From NCBI RefSeq assembly GCF_000014785.1, contig NC_008340.1, forward strand, positions 1,890,001-1,922,000: 32,000 nucleotides of DNA, written 5' to 3'. Positions 1 through 7,897 of this stretch are shown piece after piece. The stretch's first letter is position 1, and every line of letters starts with the position of its first letter. A program made the position numbers and the translations under genes. Source of the DNA: Alkalilimnicola ehrlichii MLHE-1. Its GTDB lineage: Bacteria; Pseudomonadota; Gammaproteobacteria; Nitrococcales; Halorhodospiraceae. The notes beneath the pieces were generated by a model. The model searched no databases and was not told the origin of the DNA. It saw only the letters and a list, made by a program, of their open reading frames with translations.

Positions 1-519
1 TACTTCGCCCTGCGCCACTTCGGCCATGACTCGGTAGCCTTGCTCGACGGCGGGGTCGCCGGCTGGATCGACGCCGGCCACGATTTCGCCACCCGGCAGC
101 TCCCCTTCGAGCCCGGTGATTTTCAGGCAGGCCCCGGCGACGCAACGTTGCTGGCCACCCGCGGACAGATCGAGGCGGGTGAGGCCGGGGCCCTGGTGGA
201 CGGCCGCTCTGGTGGCGAGTTCAGGGGGCTCCTGGACAGCAGCTCGGTGGCGGGCCGTGGGCACCTGCCCGGCGCGCTGCATATCCCCATGGGGGACCTG
301 GGGAGCAGTGGCCGCCCGGCCTACCTGCACGACACCGAGCGGCAGCAGGCCACCTTTTCCGCCGTGCCCGACGGCCCGCTGACGGTCTATTGCGACACCG
401 GTCGACGCGCCACGCTGCACTGGTTCGTGCTCAACGAACTGCTCGGGAAGCCGGCCCGGCTCTACGACGGCTCCCTGCACGAGTGGACCCACCAGGGCGG
501 CGACCTGGCCCGGCCCTGA
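1..519 (+). CDS. Tandem-rhodanese sulfurtransferase (thiosulfate/3-mercaptopyruvate sulfurtransferase-like), 5' truncated by window edge
   Basis: The frame is open from base 1 (YFALRHFGHDSVALLDGGVAGW..., end of a rhodanese domain). It continues into a second domain with RGHLPGALHIP and an active-site-type loop YCDTGRRA followed by ARLYDGSLHEW. Stop codon at 517-519. Confidence 0.85.
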   Translation, partial: YFALRHFGHDSVALLDGGVAGWIDAGHDFATRQLPFEPGDFQAGPGDATLLATRGQIEAGEAGALVDGRSGGEFRGLLDSSSVAGRGHLPGALHIPMGDLGSSGRPAYLHDTERQQATFSAVPDGPLTVYCDTGRRATLHWFVLNELLGKPARLYDGSLHEWTHQGGDLARP

Positions 520-531
520 CCGACACTTCGG

Positions 532-569
532 CCCCTCATCCGGACCGGGGCGCTCATCCGGATGAGGGG
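532..569. terminator. Perfect 12-bp inverted repeat between convergent genes; possible bidirectional terminator
   Basis: CCCCTCATCCGG (532-543), 14-nt loop, CCGGATGAGGGG (558-569), lying between the ends of two convergent CDSs (519 and 586). There is no clear U-tract. Confidence 0.55.
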
Positions 570-585
570 TCGCTACTTGTGCGCG

Positions 586-1374
586 TTATGCCTCGGCGGT
601 TCCCGCCGCGAGTGCCGCCTGCACCCCGTCCCAGAACCGGATGCGGGCATCCACCGCCTGCTGTGCCGCCGCCTCGGCCTCGGCATATCGATCCGGGTCC
701 CCCTCGCACAGGGCATCGAGTAGCTGCAGCGAGAGCGGACCGTGGAAGTCCGCGTCCAGATGGATGTGCCGGTTGAGGTAGTAGTGAAAGGTGGGCGCCT
801 GAGCCTCCGTCACACCCATGCGGGCGAGGAAGGCCCGAAACATACCGGGTATGATGTGCTCGCGGCCCAGCGCCAGGGCCGCTGCCACGCAGTGGGGGCG
901 ATCCTCACGGATAAAGCCGAAGGTGGTCTGCATAAACGTCCGCGCAGGCGCCGGCACCTCCGGCAGCGTCAGGGCCCGGTCGATGCCCGCCTCCGCGACC
1001 CGCTCCACAAAGGCCAGTGGGACACGGGTGTCCGCCCCCATCTCCCGCATGGCGTGGCAGTAAAGCTCGAAGTGGCTGGCGTGGCCCTGGGCACTGCCGG
1101 GGGGCGCCTCGTCCGACTCCTCCTCCTGCACCAGGCTGTTGATGAAATAGCGCAGGGGGCCCTGTCCTGGCACGGGCACCCAGGGATAGCTCGCAGGCGC
1201 CACCTGGTTCTGGAGGTATTTCACCAGGGACATGAAATCCCAGACCGAATAGATATGGTGCTCCATGAACCGGCAGAGCTGCTCGCGGGTCTCAATGGCG
1301 CCATAGACCGGATGGGCCTCCAGTCGGGTCTGGGCGGCCTCGATCACTTCGGGGCTGAAGGCGGTACGGGTCAT
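586..1374 (-). CDS. DUF3050-like protein, heme-oxygenase-like fold
   Basis: 262-aa ORF with HPVYGAIETREQLCRFMEHHIYSVWDFMSLVKYLQ and THXYYLNRHIHLDADFHGP-type histidine/acidic motifs characteristic of the DUF3050 family. Its start overlaps the upstream stop (TGATG). Confidence 0.75.
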   Translation of the reverse strand: MTRTAFSPEVIEAAQTRLEAHPVYGAIETREQLCRFMEHHIYSVWDFMSLVKYLQNQVAPASYPWVPVPGQGPLRYFINSLVQEEESDEAPPGSAQGHASHFELYCHAMREMGADTRVPLAFVERVAEAGIDRALTLPEVPAPARTFMQTTFGFIREDRPHCVAAALALGREHIIPGMFRAFLARMGVTEAQAPTFHYYLNRHIHLDADFHGPLSLQLLDALCEGDPDRYAEAEAAAQQAVDARIRFWDGVQAALAAGTAEA

Positions 1375-1982
1375 CAGCGGTTCTCCTCACGGTTCACTTG
1401 GGGGTCCGATTCGGCGGCTGCCGGCGCCCCGGAAATCAGCGGCTCCAGCAGTTCACCGATGGCCTTGTGCAGGCGCTCGGCCATGGCCGGCCCCTCCACC
1501 TCGGTCAACTGAGCGTGGAGCCAGACATCGTCCTCGTGGCCGGCCGCGCGCCCGCCCAGGGCCCCGAGGCAATTGAAGGCGGCGTAACCCGGCATCTCAC
1601 CGTCATAGCCGGCACGCGCATAGGTGGCCAGCCGTTCGTGGGCCCGGCGCACCAGGGCCACCCCGGCCTCCGGGTCGGCCACGCTCTCGGCGGCGCCGCT
1701 GCTCATGCGCTCGACCATGGCGGCCACCAGCCGGCGGCGGTGGTCGTCGTCCACACCGCGCAGCCAGGCGAGCCGGTCCACCATCTGCACGGCGAACAGG
1801 GCCAGCTCCTCCACCAGCGCCAGATGCCCACCGGCACGATCAGTCACCGGCCCATGCTCCGAGATATCGCGCACGGTTTGCGTTGCCATGCGCCAAGCCA
1901 GCATGGCGGCGGCCCCTCCCACCTGCTCCGGGTCGCGCGTTTGGCCGTGGCGGAACCAACGGGTCTTCATCCTCATCGCCAT
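1374..1982 (-). CDS. Uncharacterised 202-aa protein
   Basis: ORF embedded in the overlapping - strand operon, with coding-like composition (MKTRWFRHGQT...); no family recognised. Confidence 0.7.
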   Translation of the reverse strand: MAMRMKTRWFRHGQTRDPEQVGGAAAMLAWRMATQTVRDISEHGPVTDRAGGHLALVEELALFAVQMVDRLAWLRGVDDDHRRRLVAAMVERMSSGAAESVADPEAGVALVRRAHERLATYARAGYDGEMPGYAAFNCLGALGGRAAGHEDDVWLHAQLTEVEGPAMAERLHKAIGELLEPLISGAPAAAESDPQVNREENR

Positions 1983-1985
1983 GCG

Positions 1986-2660
1986 CTATTCCACCTCCGT
2001 CACCGACTTGTGTGGCATGAACAGGCCACAGCCCCAAAGGCCGCCGTCCCCCAGACCGCGGGACTGCAAACGATAGCTCCCTTCAGGCCCCATCTCGGCG
2101 ACCATCAGGCTGCGCAATGTCACCGGCCCCCACCGGGTCTGCAGGGTCTGCCGGCGGCCGCACAGCATCTTGCGCGGTTTGACCCCCATCGCCGCCAGTC
2201 GGCGCGCCACCGCCTCCATGAACTCGGCCTCGTCCTCTTCCGGGTGAACCAGCGGCACCACCCGGCTGGCGTAGAGCGTCTCCACTTGCTGCAGCTCCCG
2301 CACCCGTCCCCGAGCCAGCCGACAGGCCTCGCCGTCCACCTCAAAGGCGGTGCCCGAAAGGGCCAGCGCCGCCCGGGCGCGGTCCCGTGGCACCCGCAGC
2401 AGCAATTGCACCCGGCGCGAGAGGTAGATGGGCTGGCCCTCGCCCCGGTGCCAGCCATTGCCGCTGACCGGCAAATGCAACACCTTGACGCCGAAACCGG
2501 GCAGGCGGCTGAAATCGGCGAGCGGGTCGGCCAGCGCCTCGGCCAGGGCCGGGGCGTAATCCGCGGGCAGACTGTGCCCCTCCAGCCGAAAGGTGACGTC
2601 CACGGCCTCCGCAGGACCGGGCGCGGGGGTGGACTCATCGGTCTCCCAGTACATGCTCAC
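1986..2660 (-). CDS. Cas6-like RAMP protein (resembles the type I-MYXAN Cas6/Cmx6 family), orphan
   Basis: VDVTFRLEGHSLPADYAPALAEAL N-terminal motif, ETLYASRVVPL...DEAEFMEAVARRLAAMGV middle, and C-terminal glycine-rich loop SYRLQSRGLGDGGLWGCGLFMPHKS typical of Cas6. The GTG start overlaps the upstream stop (GTGA); an alternative ATG lies at 2654. Confidence 0.7.
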   Translation of the reverse strand: MSMYWETDESTPAPGPAEAVDVTFRLEGHSLPADYAPALAEALADPLADFSRLPGFGVKVLHLPVSGNGWHRGEGQPIYLSRRVQLLLRVPRDRARAALALSGTAFEVDGEACRLARGRVRELQQVETLYASRVVPLVHPEEDEAEFMEAVARRLAAMGVKPRKMLCGRRQTLQTRWGPVTLRSLMVAEMGPEGSYRLQSRGLGDGGLWGCGLFMPHKSVTEVE

Positions 2661-2899
2661 CCTCCCTTCGCCCGGGCCCAGGCCTGCAGCCACTGAGCCA
2701 TCTCCAGGGCCATCTCCTCGGTCAACTCCACATCGGTGAAGCGCCTTCCCTGGCGCAAACGTATGCGCAGCATCGGCAACCCACCGGGGTGGGTGACCGC
2801 CTGCAACTCGCAGTCGGCACCCCAGGCCAGGGATAACTCATGCAGGGTCTTTACACCCCCCTCCTCCGGAAGGTCGTGCTCCTTACCATTAAGCATCAT
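2657..2899 (-). CDS. Small conserved-looking protein (80 aa) of unknown function
   Basis: MMLNGKEHDLPEEGGVKTLHELSLAWGADCELQAVTHPGGLPMLRIRLRQGRRFTDVELTEEMALEMAQWLQAWARAKGG. The ATG overlaps the TGA of the upstream dioxygenase gene (ATGA). Strand confirmed by reverse complement; the ORF extended to 2941 is an upstream over-extension. Confidence 0.65.
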   Translation of the reverse strand: MMLNGKEHDLPEEGGVKTLHELSLAWGADCELQAVTHPGGLPMLRIRLRQGRRFTDVELTEEMALEMAQWLQAWARAKGG

Positions 2900-3765
2900 G
2901 TCGCCATCACCCTCTCGTGATACCGCGCCCGGAACAGGCAACGGCCCGGGCCATCCGTGGGGTCAACGAAGCCGGTACGGGTGTGCAGCACGTTATTGCA
3001 GATCAGCCCCTCACCCGGCGCCAGCCGGTGCTCCAGGACCCACGGGGACAGGTGGTCCAACATCTCGCGGAGCACCACGGAGGCCTCGGCAGGCCCATCC
3101 GGCGCCCAGCGTATGCTGCGGGTGCGCGCGGTATAACGCATATGCAGCCCGGTGGGCTCGAGCAGGAAAACGGGCCCACTGCGGTCGCCCTGCTCGGGGG
3201 CACGCGGGTCCGGCGGGATGGTCATGGCCCGGGGGTGCTGCAGGGCCTTCAGGGCATCGGGCCGGGAGACGGCGAGGGCCTGCCAGACCAGCCGGTGATC
3301 CAGCAGGCGGTTGACACCGCCCTCCCGGGCCGGGCGCACGCAATGCAGGATCAGTCCGCGCACCCGGCGCTCTGGCGGATTGTAGTAGCCATCGGTGTGC
3401 CAGTTGATCGGGCGGTCGGTGTAGGGGATGTACTCCGCACGCCGCTCGCCCGCGGGCGCCTGCATCAAAGTGCTGACCCCATCCTCCCGGACCAGCGGAT
3501 GGCGATCCAGGGTCCGCAGCCCCAGTTGCTCGCCCAGTGCGACCACCTGCGCCGGCGTCTGCAGCCGCCCCGGACCGGTCCGGTATAACGCCATACCGGC
3601 CTGCCGGCAGCGCGCCTGCAGCGCCCGACGCTCTCCCGTGCTGAGCCGGGAGGGGTCGCGAATCTCCACAAAGGGTGAATCCAGAAACCGCTGGTAACCG
3701 TCGAGGTAATCGTCCAGCAGGGCGGAGCGGCCGGCGAGCGGCGGCTTGTCGGCGATGGTGGCCAT
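2896..3765 (-). CDS. TauD/TfdA-family Fe(II)/2-oxoglutarate-dependent dioxygenase-like protein
   Basis: INWHTDGYYNPPE (HxD iron-binding motif), distal NNVLHTRTGF histidine and a C-terminal arginine region. Likely ATG is MATIADKPPL... Reading the reverse complement (GTGATGGCGACATGA at the 3' end) confirms the - strand. Confidence 0.8.
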   Translation of the reverse strand: MATIADKPPLAGRSALLDDYLDGYQRFLDSPFVEIRDPSRLSTGERRALQARCRQAGMALYRTGPGRLQTPAQVVALGEQLGLRTLDRHPLVREDGVSTLMQAPAGERRAEYIPYTDRPINWHTDGYYNPPERRVRGLILHCVRPAREGGVNRLLDHRLVWQALAVSRPDALKALQHPRAMTIPPDPRAPEQGDRSGPVFLLEPTGLHMRYTARTRSIRWAPDGPAEASVVLREMLDHLSPWVLEHRLAPGEGLICNNVLHTRTGFVDPTDGPGRCLFRARYHERVMAT

Positions 3766-3827
3766 CGGGCACCTCCGGGCTGTGAGCCTTAAGGTCACAC
3801 CTTAATCAAGGGCACGAGGCCACTGCA

Positions 3828-3843
3828 TATCCCCTTTGGGATA
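3828..3843. promoter_or_regulatory. Inverted repeat TATCCCC-TT-TGGGATA (NarL-like 7-2-7 arrangement) in the divergent dsrA / dioxygenase-operon promoter region
   Basis: Sequence gcatatcccctttgggataca. The identical core occurs at 22755-22770 upstream of the tusA/fcc block. Confidence 0.6.
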
Positions 3844-3987
3844 CAGCCCCGATCAGCCGCATCCATCAATGGATATTTTACCGCCGGGTAGGGCTGCGTA
3901 GGTTAAGCATTGTTGAATACATCGACAGCGACCGTGCGCCAGCTCGCCTGCTGGCCGCAAAAACGGTGACGGAGGAGAGGCAGCGCC

Positions 3988-5259
3988 ATGGCCACTAAGA
4001 AGTCTCACGACACACCGAATCTCGATCAACTGGAAAGCGGCCCCTGGCCCAGTTTTGTCACCGGCCTGAAGCACCTGGCCGAGGACAAACCCATGATCAA
4101 CGACCTCCTGGGTCAGCTGGAGACCAGCTACCAGGACCGCAAGGGTTACTGGAAGGGCGGCACCGTCAGTGTCTATGGCTACGGGGGCGGGATCATCCCC
4201 CGCTTCACCGAGCTAAAGGACGAGAACGGCAAGGCGAAGTTCCCTGACGCCGCCGAGTTCCACACCATGCGCGTGATGCCGCCGGCCGGCATGCACTACA
4301 ACACCGAGATCGTCCGCAAGCTCTGTGACATCTGGGAGAAGTACGGCTCCGGCCTGATCGCCATGCACGGTCAGAGTGGCGACATCATGTTCCAGGGTAT
4401 CGACACCGAGAACATCCAGGCCTGCTTCGACGAGATGAACGAGCTGGGCTTCGACCTCGGTGGCGCCGGCCCGGCGGTCCGTACCGGCATGTCCTGCGCC
4501 GGTGCCGCCCGCTGCGAGCAGTCCTGCTTCAACGAGCAGCACCTGCACCGCAAGCTGGTCAACAACTTCCTCGACGACATGCACCGCCCGGCCCTGCCCT
4601 ACAAGTTCAAATTCAAGGTCTCGGGCTGCCCCAACGACTGCATGAACTCCATCGAGCGCGCCGACTTTGCCGCCATCGGCACCTGGCGGGACGACATGCA
4701 GGTGGACCAGGAGGAGGTCAAGGCCTTCGTCGCCCGCAAGGGCCGCAAGTATGTGGTGGACAACGTCATCAGCCGCTGCCCCACCAACGCCCTGAGCCTC
4801 AACGACGACGACACCCTGGATGTGGACAACGGTAGCTGCGTGCGCTGCATGCACTGCCTCAACGTCATGAACAAGGCGCTCAGCCCGGGCAAGGACCGGG
4901 GCATGACCCTGCTCATCGGCGGCAAACGCACCCTCAAGATCGGCGACCTTTTCGGCACCGTGGTGGCGCCCTTCCTGCCCCTGAACACCGAAGAGGACTA
5001 CGACCGGGTGGTGGAGATCGCCGAGGAGATCATCGACTTCTTCGCCGAGAACGCCCTGGAGCACGAGCGTACCGGCGAGATGATCGAGCGCATCGGCCTG
5101 GTCAACTTCCTGGAAGGCGTCGGCCTGGAGGTGGACCCGAACATGGTCCGCCACCCGCGCACCGTCTCCTACGTCCGCATGGACGACTGGGATGAGGAAG
5201 CCGAGAAGTGGTTCCGGCGCAAGCAGATGGAATCCGAGACCGGCAAGGCCGCCGAGTAA
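3988..5259 (+). CDS. dsrA: Reverse-type dissimilatory sulfite reductase alpha subunit
   Basis: 423 aa with siroheme/Fe-S motifs CAGAARCEQSCFNEQHLHRK and VSGCPNDCMNS, plus ferredoxin-domain CVRCMHCLN. Preceded by a GGAGGAG Shine-Dalgarno-like sequence. Confidence 0.97.
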   Translation: MATKKSHDTPNLDQLESGPWPSFVTGLKHLAEDKPMINDLLGQLETSYQDRKGYWKGGTVSVYGYGGGIIPRFTELKDENGKAKFPDAAEFHTMRVMPPAGMHYNTEIVRKLCDIWEKYGSGLIAMHGQSGDIMFQGIDTENIQACFDEMNELGFDLGGAGPAVRTGMSCAGAARCEQSCFNEQHLHRKLVNNFLDDMHRPALPYKFKFKVSGCPNDCMNSIERADFAAIGTWRDDMQVDQEEVKAFVARKGRKYVVDNVISRCPTNALSLNDDDTLDVDNGSCVRCMHCLNVMNKALSPGKDRGMTLLIGGKRTLKIGDLFGTVVAPFLPLNTEEDYDRVVEIAEEIIDFFAENALEHERTGEMIERIGLVNFLEGVGLEVDPNMVRHPRTVSYVRMDDWDEEAEKWFRRKQMESETGKAAE

Positions 5260-5292
5260 GCCCCGAGCGACAGGTTAGCGAGGACGAGAGAA

Positions 5293-6375
5293 ATGGCTGA
5301 ACCCGCAGCAAAACCGCGTACCCCTATCGAGAGCGGGGTACCCGATCCGTTCCAGTACATGCACCCGACCACGATCCGCAACTTTGGCCAGTGGAAATAC
5401 CACGAGCGGCCGCAGCCCGGGGTGCTCAAGCACGTGGCCGAGTCCGGCGAGGCCCTCTACACGGTGCGCGCCGGCACCCAGCGCCAGATGGATCTGGCCA
5501 CCGTGCGCAAGCTCTGCGATATCGCCGACGAGTTCGCGGAGGGCCACTTCCGCTTCACCATCCGCTCCAACATCGAGTACCTGGTGGCGGACGAGGCCAA
5601 GGTGCAGCCGTTGATCGACAAGCTGCGCGCCGAGGGCTTCCCGGTGGGCGGGACCGGCCCCTCCGTGGCCATGATCAGCCACACCCAGGGCTGGCTGCAC
5701 TGTGACATCCCAGGCACCGACGCCTCCGGTGTTGTCAAGGCCCTGATGGACGAGTTGCACGACGAGTTCGTCCGCGAGGACATGCCCAACCGGGTGCACA
5801 TCACCACCTCCTGCTGCCAGATCAACTGCGGCGGCCAGGGCGACATCGCGATCAACATCCAGCACACCAAGCCGCCGAAGATCAACCACGATCTGGTGGC
5901 CAACGTCTGCGAGCGCCCCTCGGTGGTGGCCCGCTGCCCGGTGGCGGCCATTCGCCCGGCGCTGGTCAACGGTAAGCCGTCGCTGGAGGTGGACGAGCAG
6001 AAGTGCATCTGCTGCGGCGCCTGCTATCCGCCCTGTCCCCCCATGGAGATCAACGACCCGGAGCACTCCAAACTGGCGATCTGGATCGGGGGCAACCACT
6101 CCAACGCCCGTGGCGCGCCCACCTTCCACAAGCTGGTCTGTTCCGGGCTGCCCAACAACCCGCCGCGTTGGCCGGAGGTGGCCGAGGTGGTCAAGAAGAT
6201 CCTCCACGTCTACCGCGAGGACGCCCGCGACTATGAGCGGGTGGGCGAGTGGGTGGAGCGCATCGGCTGGCCGCGCTTCTTCGAGCTCACCAACCTGCCG
6301 TTCACCAAGTTCCACATCGAGAACTGGCGCGGCTCCCGGCAAACCCTCAATGCCTCTGCGCATGTGCGCTTCTAA
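5293..6375 (+). CDS. dsrB: Reverse-type dissimilatory sulfite reductase beta subunit
   Basis: 360 aa with TTSCCQINCGGQGDIAINIQHTKPPKINHD and ferredoxin motif CICCGACYPPCPP. Confidence 0.97.
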   Translation: MAEPAAKPRTPIESGVPDPFQYMHPTTIRNFGQWKYHERPQPGVLKHVAESGEALYTVRAGTQRQMDLATVRKLCDIADEFAEGHFRFTIRSNIEYLVADEAKVQPLIDKLRAEGFPVGGTGPSVAMISHTQGWLHCDIPGTDASGVVKALMDELHDEFVREDMPNRVHITTSCCQINCGGQGDIAINIQHTKPPKINHDLVANVCERPSVVARCPVAAIRPALVNGKPSLEVDEQKCICCGACYPPCPPMEINDPEHSKLAIWIGGNHSNARGAPTFHKLVCSGLPNNPPRWPEVAEVVKKILHVYREDARDYERVGEWVERIGWPRFFELTNLPFTKFHIENWRGSRQTLNASAHVRF

Positions 6376-6387
6376 GCGGGAGGTGGC

Positions 6388-6747
6388 ATGAAATTCGGAA
6401 TCCTGGTCAATGAAGGGCCCTACCAGCACCAGGCCGCGGACAGCGCCTACCTGTTCGCCAAGGCGGCCTTGGAGATGGGGCACGAAGTGCCGCGGGTGTT
6501 CTTCTACATGGACGGCGTGAACAACGCCAACAAGCTGCAGGAGCCGCAGCAGGACGACCGCAACGTGGTGCAGCGCTGGTCGGAGCTGGCCGAGAGCCAC
6601 GAGGTGGACCTGGTGGTCTGTGTCGCGGCCGCCCTGCGCCGCGGCATCAAGGACGAGATCCTCGCCCCGGGGTTTCGCATCTCCGGGCTGGGCCAGCTGG
6701 TGGAAATCGGGGTCGAGGCGGACCGCCTGGTGACCTTCGGCGACTGA
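6388..6747 (+). CDS. dsrE: Sulfur transfer protein DsrE
   Basis: MKFGILVNEGPYQHQAADSAYLFAKAALEMGHEVPRVFFYMDGV; active-site region DLVVCVAAALRRG; position after dsrB. Confidence 0.95.
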   Translation: MKFGILVNEGPYQHQAADSAYLFAKAALEMGHEVPRVFFYMDGVNNANKLQEPQQDDRNVVQRWSELAESHEVDLVVCVAAALRRGIKDEILAPGFRISGLGQLVEIGVEADRLVTFGD

Positions 6748-6763
6748 ACGGGAGGACAACCCA

Positions 6764-7150
6764 ATGGATGAATTTGAGGACGATGCCGGCGTGATCAAGC
6801 GCTTCATGTTCGTCAACCGCAAGGCGCCGCACGGCACCATCTACGCCCTGGAATCCCTGGAGGTGGTGCTGATCAGCGCCGCCTTCGACCAGGACGTCAG
6901 CCTCGCCTTCCTGGACGACGGCGTCTACCAGCTGCGCAAGGACCAGGACCCGGCCGCGGTGGACATGAAGAACTTCTCGCGCACCTACCGCGCCCTGGAG
7001 GGCTACGACATCGAGAAGCTCTACGTCTGCAAGGACTCGCTGGCGGAACGCGGCCTGACGGAAGAGGACCTGGTGGTGGACGTGGAGGTGCTGGATCGCG
7101 CCGCCATGGCCAGAACAATGGCCGAGCAGGACGTGGTCCTGTCTTTCTAA
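6764..7150 (+). CDS. dsrF: Sulfur relay protein DsrF
   Basis: RFMFVNRKAPHGTIYALESLEVVLISAAFDQDVSLAFLDDGVYQL; position between dsrE and dsrH. Confidence 0.94.
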   Translation: MDEFEDDAGVIKRFMFVNRKAPHGTIYALESLEVVLISAAFDQDVSLAFLDDGVYQLRKDQDPAAVDMKNFSRTYRALEGYDIEKLYVCKDSLAERGLTEEDLVVDVEVLDRAAMARTMAEQDVVLSF

Positions 7151-7163
7151 GGGAGTGGGAAAG

Positions 7164-7463
7164 ATGCTGCACACCGTCAACAAATCCCCGTTTCGGACCA
7201 ACGACCTGCAGAGCTGCCTGCGGCACCTCGGCGACGGCGCCCTGCTGCTCATTGAGGATGCCGTATACGCGGCCACGCCGGGCACCCGGGTGGCGGACCA
7301 AGTGGAACAGGTCGCCTCCCAGAACGCGGTTTACGTATTGGCCAACGACCTGCAGGCCCGCGGGGTCTCCCAGGACCAACTGATCCCGGGCGTCAAGCCG
7401 GTGGACTACCAGGGTTTCGTCGAACTCGTGGTCGAGCACGGTACCCCGCAGGCCTGGCTGTAA
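7164..7463 (+). CDS. dsrH: Sulfur relay protein DsrH
   Basis: MLHTVNKSPFRTNDLQSCLRHLGDGALLLIEDAVYAA; gene order. Confidence 0.93.
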   Translation: MLHTVNKSPFRTNDLQSCLRHLGDGALLLIEDAVYAATPGTRVADQVEQVASQNAVYVLANDLQARGVSQDQLIPGVKPVDYQGFVELVVEHGTPQAWL

Positions 7464-7519
7464 CGGAAACCCATCGATCAATCACATCACGCGCTGAACG
7501 ACAGCCAACGGAGGAAACC

Positions 7520-7852
7520 ATGGCGATTGAAGTCAACGGCACCACCATCGAGACCGACGAGGAAGGCTACCTCACCAATCTGGAGGAATGGAGCCCGGAG
7601 CTGGCCGAGCTCATGGCCCAGGAGGACGACCTGGAGCTGACCGAGAACCACTGGGAGGTCATCAACTTCCTGCGTGAGTACTACGAGGAATACCAGATCG
7701 CACCGGCGATCCGGGTGCTGACCAAGCAGATCGGCAAGCGTTTCGGCAAGGAGAAGGGCAACAGCAAGTACCTCTACGAGCTGTTCCCCTACGGCCCGGC
7801 CAAGCAGGCCTGCCGCTACGCCGGCCTGCCCAAGCCCACGGGCTGTGTGTAA
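7520..7852 (+). CDS. dsrC: DsrC sulfur carrier
   Basis: 110 aa ending KQACRYAGLPKPTGCV, with the two C-terminal conserved cysteines of functional DsrC. Confidence 0.96.
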   Translation: MAIEVNGTTIETDEEGYLTNLEEWSPELAELMAQEDDLELTENHWEVINFLREYYEEYQIAPAIRVLTKQIGKRFGKEKGNSKYLYELFPYGPAKQACRYAGLPKPTGCV

Positions 7853-7897
7853 CCCGTTTCTCAATAGCCATTGACCCACGGCGGGGAGGAAAGCGCA

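Noticed and set aside
1986-2660. Possibility of a genuine local CRISPR-Cas locus around the Cas6-like gene
   Set aside because: No direct-repeat/spacer pattern and no cas1/2/3/5/7/8-like ORFs were seen in the window; flanking genes are metabolic or unknown.
3799-3827. Possible Fnr/CRP-like site near tgtgagccttaaggtcaca between the divergent promoters
   Set aside because: TGTGA-N9-TCACA has CRP-like half sites, but it overlaps the extreme 5' region of the dioxygenase gene. I cannot judge significance without a genome-wide scan, so it is left as a note rather than a feature.
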